62,000 bases of DNA from Lama guanicoe (Eukaryota), in NCBI GenBank assembly GCA_013239625.1, contig MU053652.1:1240001-1302000 (forward strand), in the 5' to 3' direction. The notes under the pieces are model-generated. The model saw nothing but the letters and a program-made list of their open reading frames with translations, made no database searches and had not been told where the DNA came from. Every line of letters begins with the position of its first letter. Positions within the stretch are counted from its first letter, which is position 1. This document shows positions 61,785 through 62,000 of this stretch, piece after piece. Made by a program: the position numbers and the translations under genes.

Positions 61785-62000
61785 ATGCTGCATTTTAAAA
61801 TCATCTAATACTTTGATTAACATATTATATTCTAGTATAACAAAACAATGTAGTGATCTTAAACAGATCAGATATTACTATTGAGCATACCTCTTTGATG
61901 ATTTTGTCTCATCAAATTTCTGTAGCCATTATGAAATCATTTATAGCAGCATTTCTTTTATAGAAAAATAAATTTGAGTTATTCTTTATCAACACACATT

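Larger units (their letters stand above)
22636..62000 (+). other. CHCHD3: CHCHD3 intron downstream of the exon (5' part of intron 4)
   Basis: Begins gtaagt. The next exon (ARQLEEKDR..) was not seen in the window, and this intron is known to be very long in mammals. Confidence 0.85.

Noticed and set aside
22636..62000. CHCHD3 alternative 15-nt microexon (recalled as encoding DIEDK) and the next constitutive exon
   Set aside because: No ag-flanked sequence encoding DIEDK or ARQLEEKD was found by eye. They probably lie beyond the window end.
1..62000. CRISPR array, operon, prophage, NUMT or intact viral/transposase ORF
   Set aside because: No regularly spaced repeats, no long ORFs and no mitochondrial- or virus-like coding sequence were recognised. 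The composition and repeats are those of a mammalian intron.

Overview
Mammalian genomic DNA, almost certainly camelid (alpaca/llama/camel), judged from a Vic-1-type tRNA-derived SINE and young cetartiodactyl-type L1 3' ends. The whole window appears to lie inside CHCHD3 (MIC19, a MICOS subunit) on the + strand. It holds one 118-nt coding exon (22518-22635, equivalent to human exon 4); the rest is parts of two long introns with ancient repeats (MIR, L2, L3, L1M, MaLR/ERV LTRs, hAT, Tigger and Mariner relics) and a few younger insertions with target-site duplications (TSDs). No other ORF in the track looks like a real gene. The most unusual object is a 352-bp TSD-flanked element joining an L1 5' end directly to an L1 3' end (45921-46272), a candidate spliced or bipartite non-autonomous L1. 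Also notable are a tailless U2 retrocopy, a triple nested insertion, a cardiac-type TF motif cluster, a sense-oriented LTR with an intact poly(A) signal, and a candidate alternative last exon. All family assignments are by eye against remembered consensus sequences, not database searches, and boundaries of old repeats are approximate.
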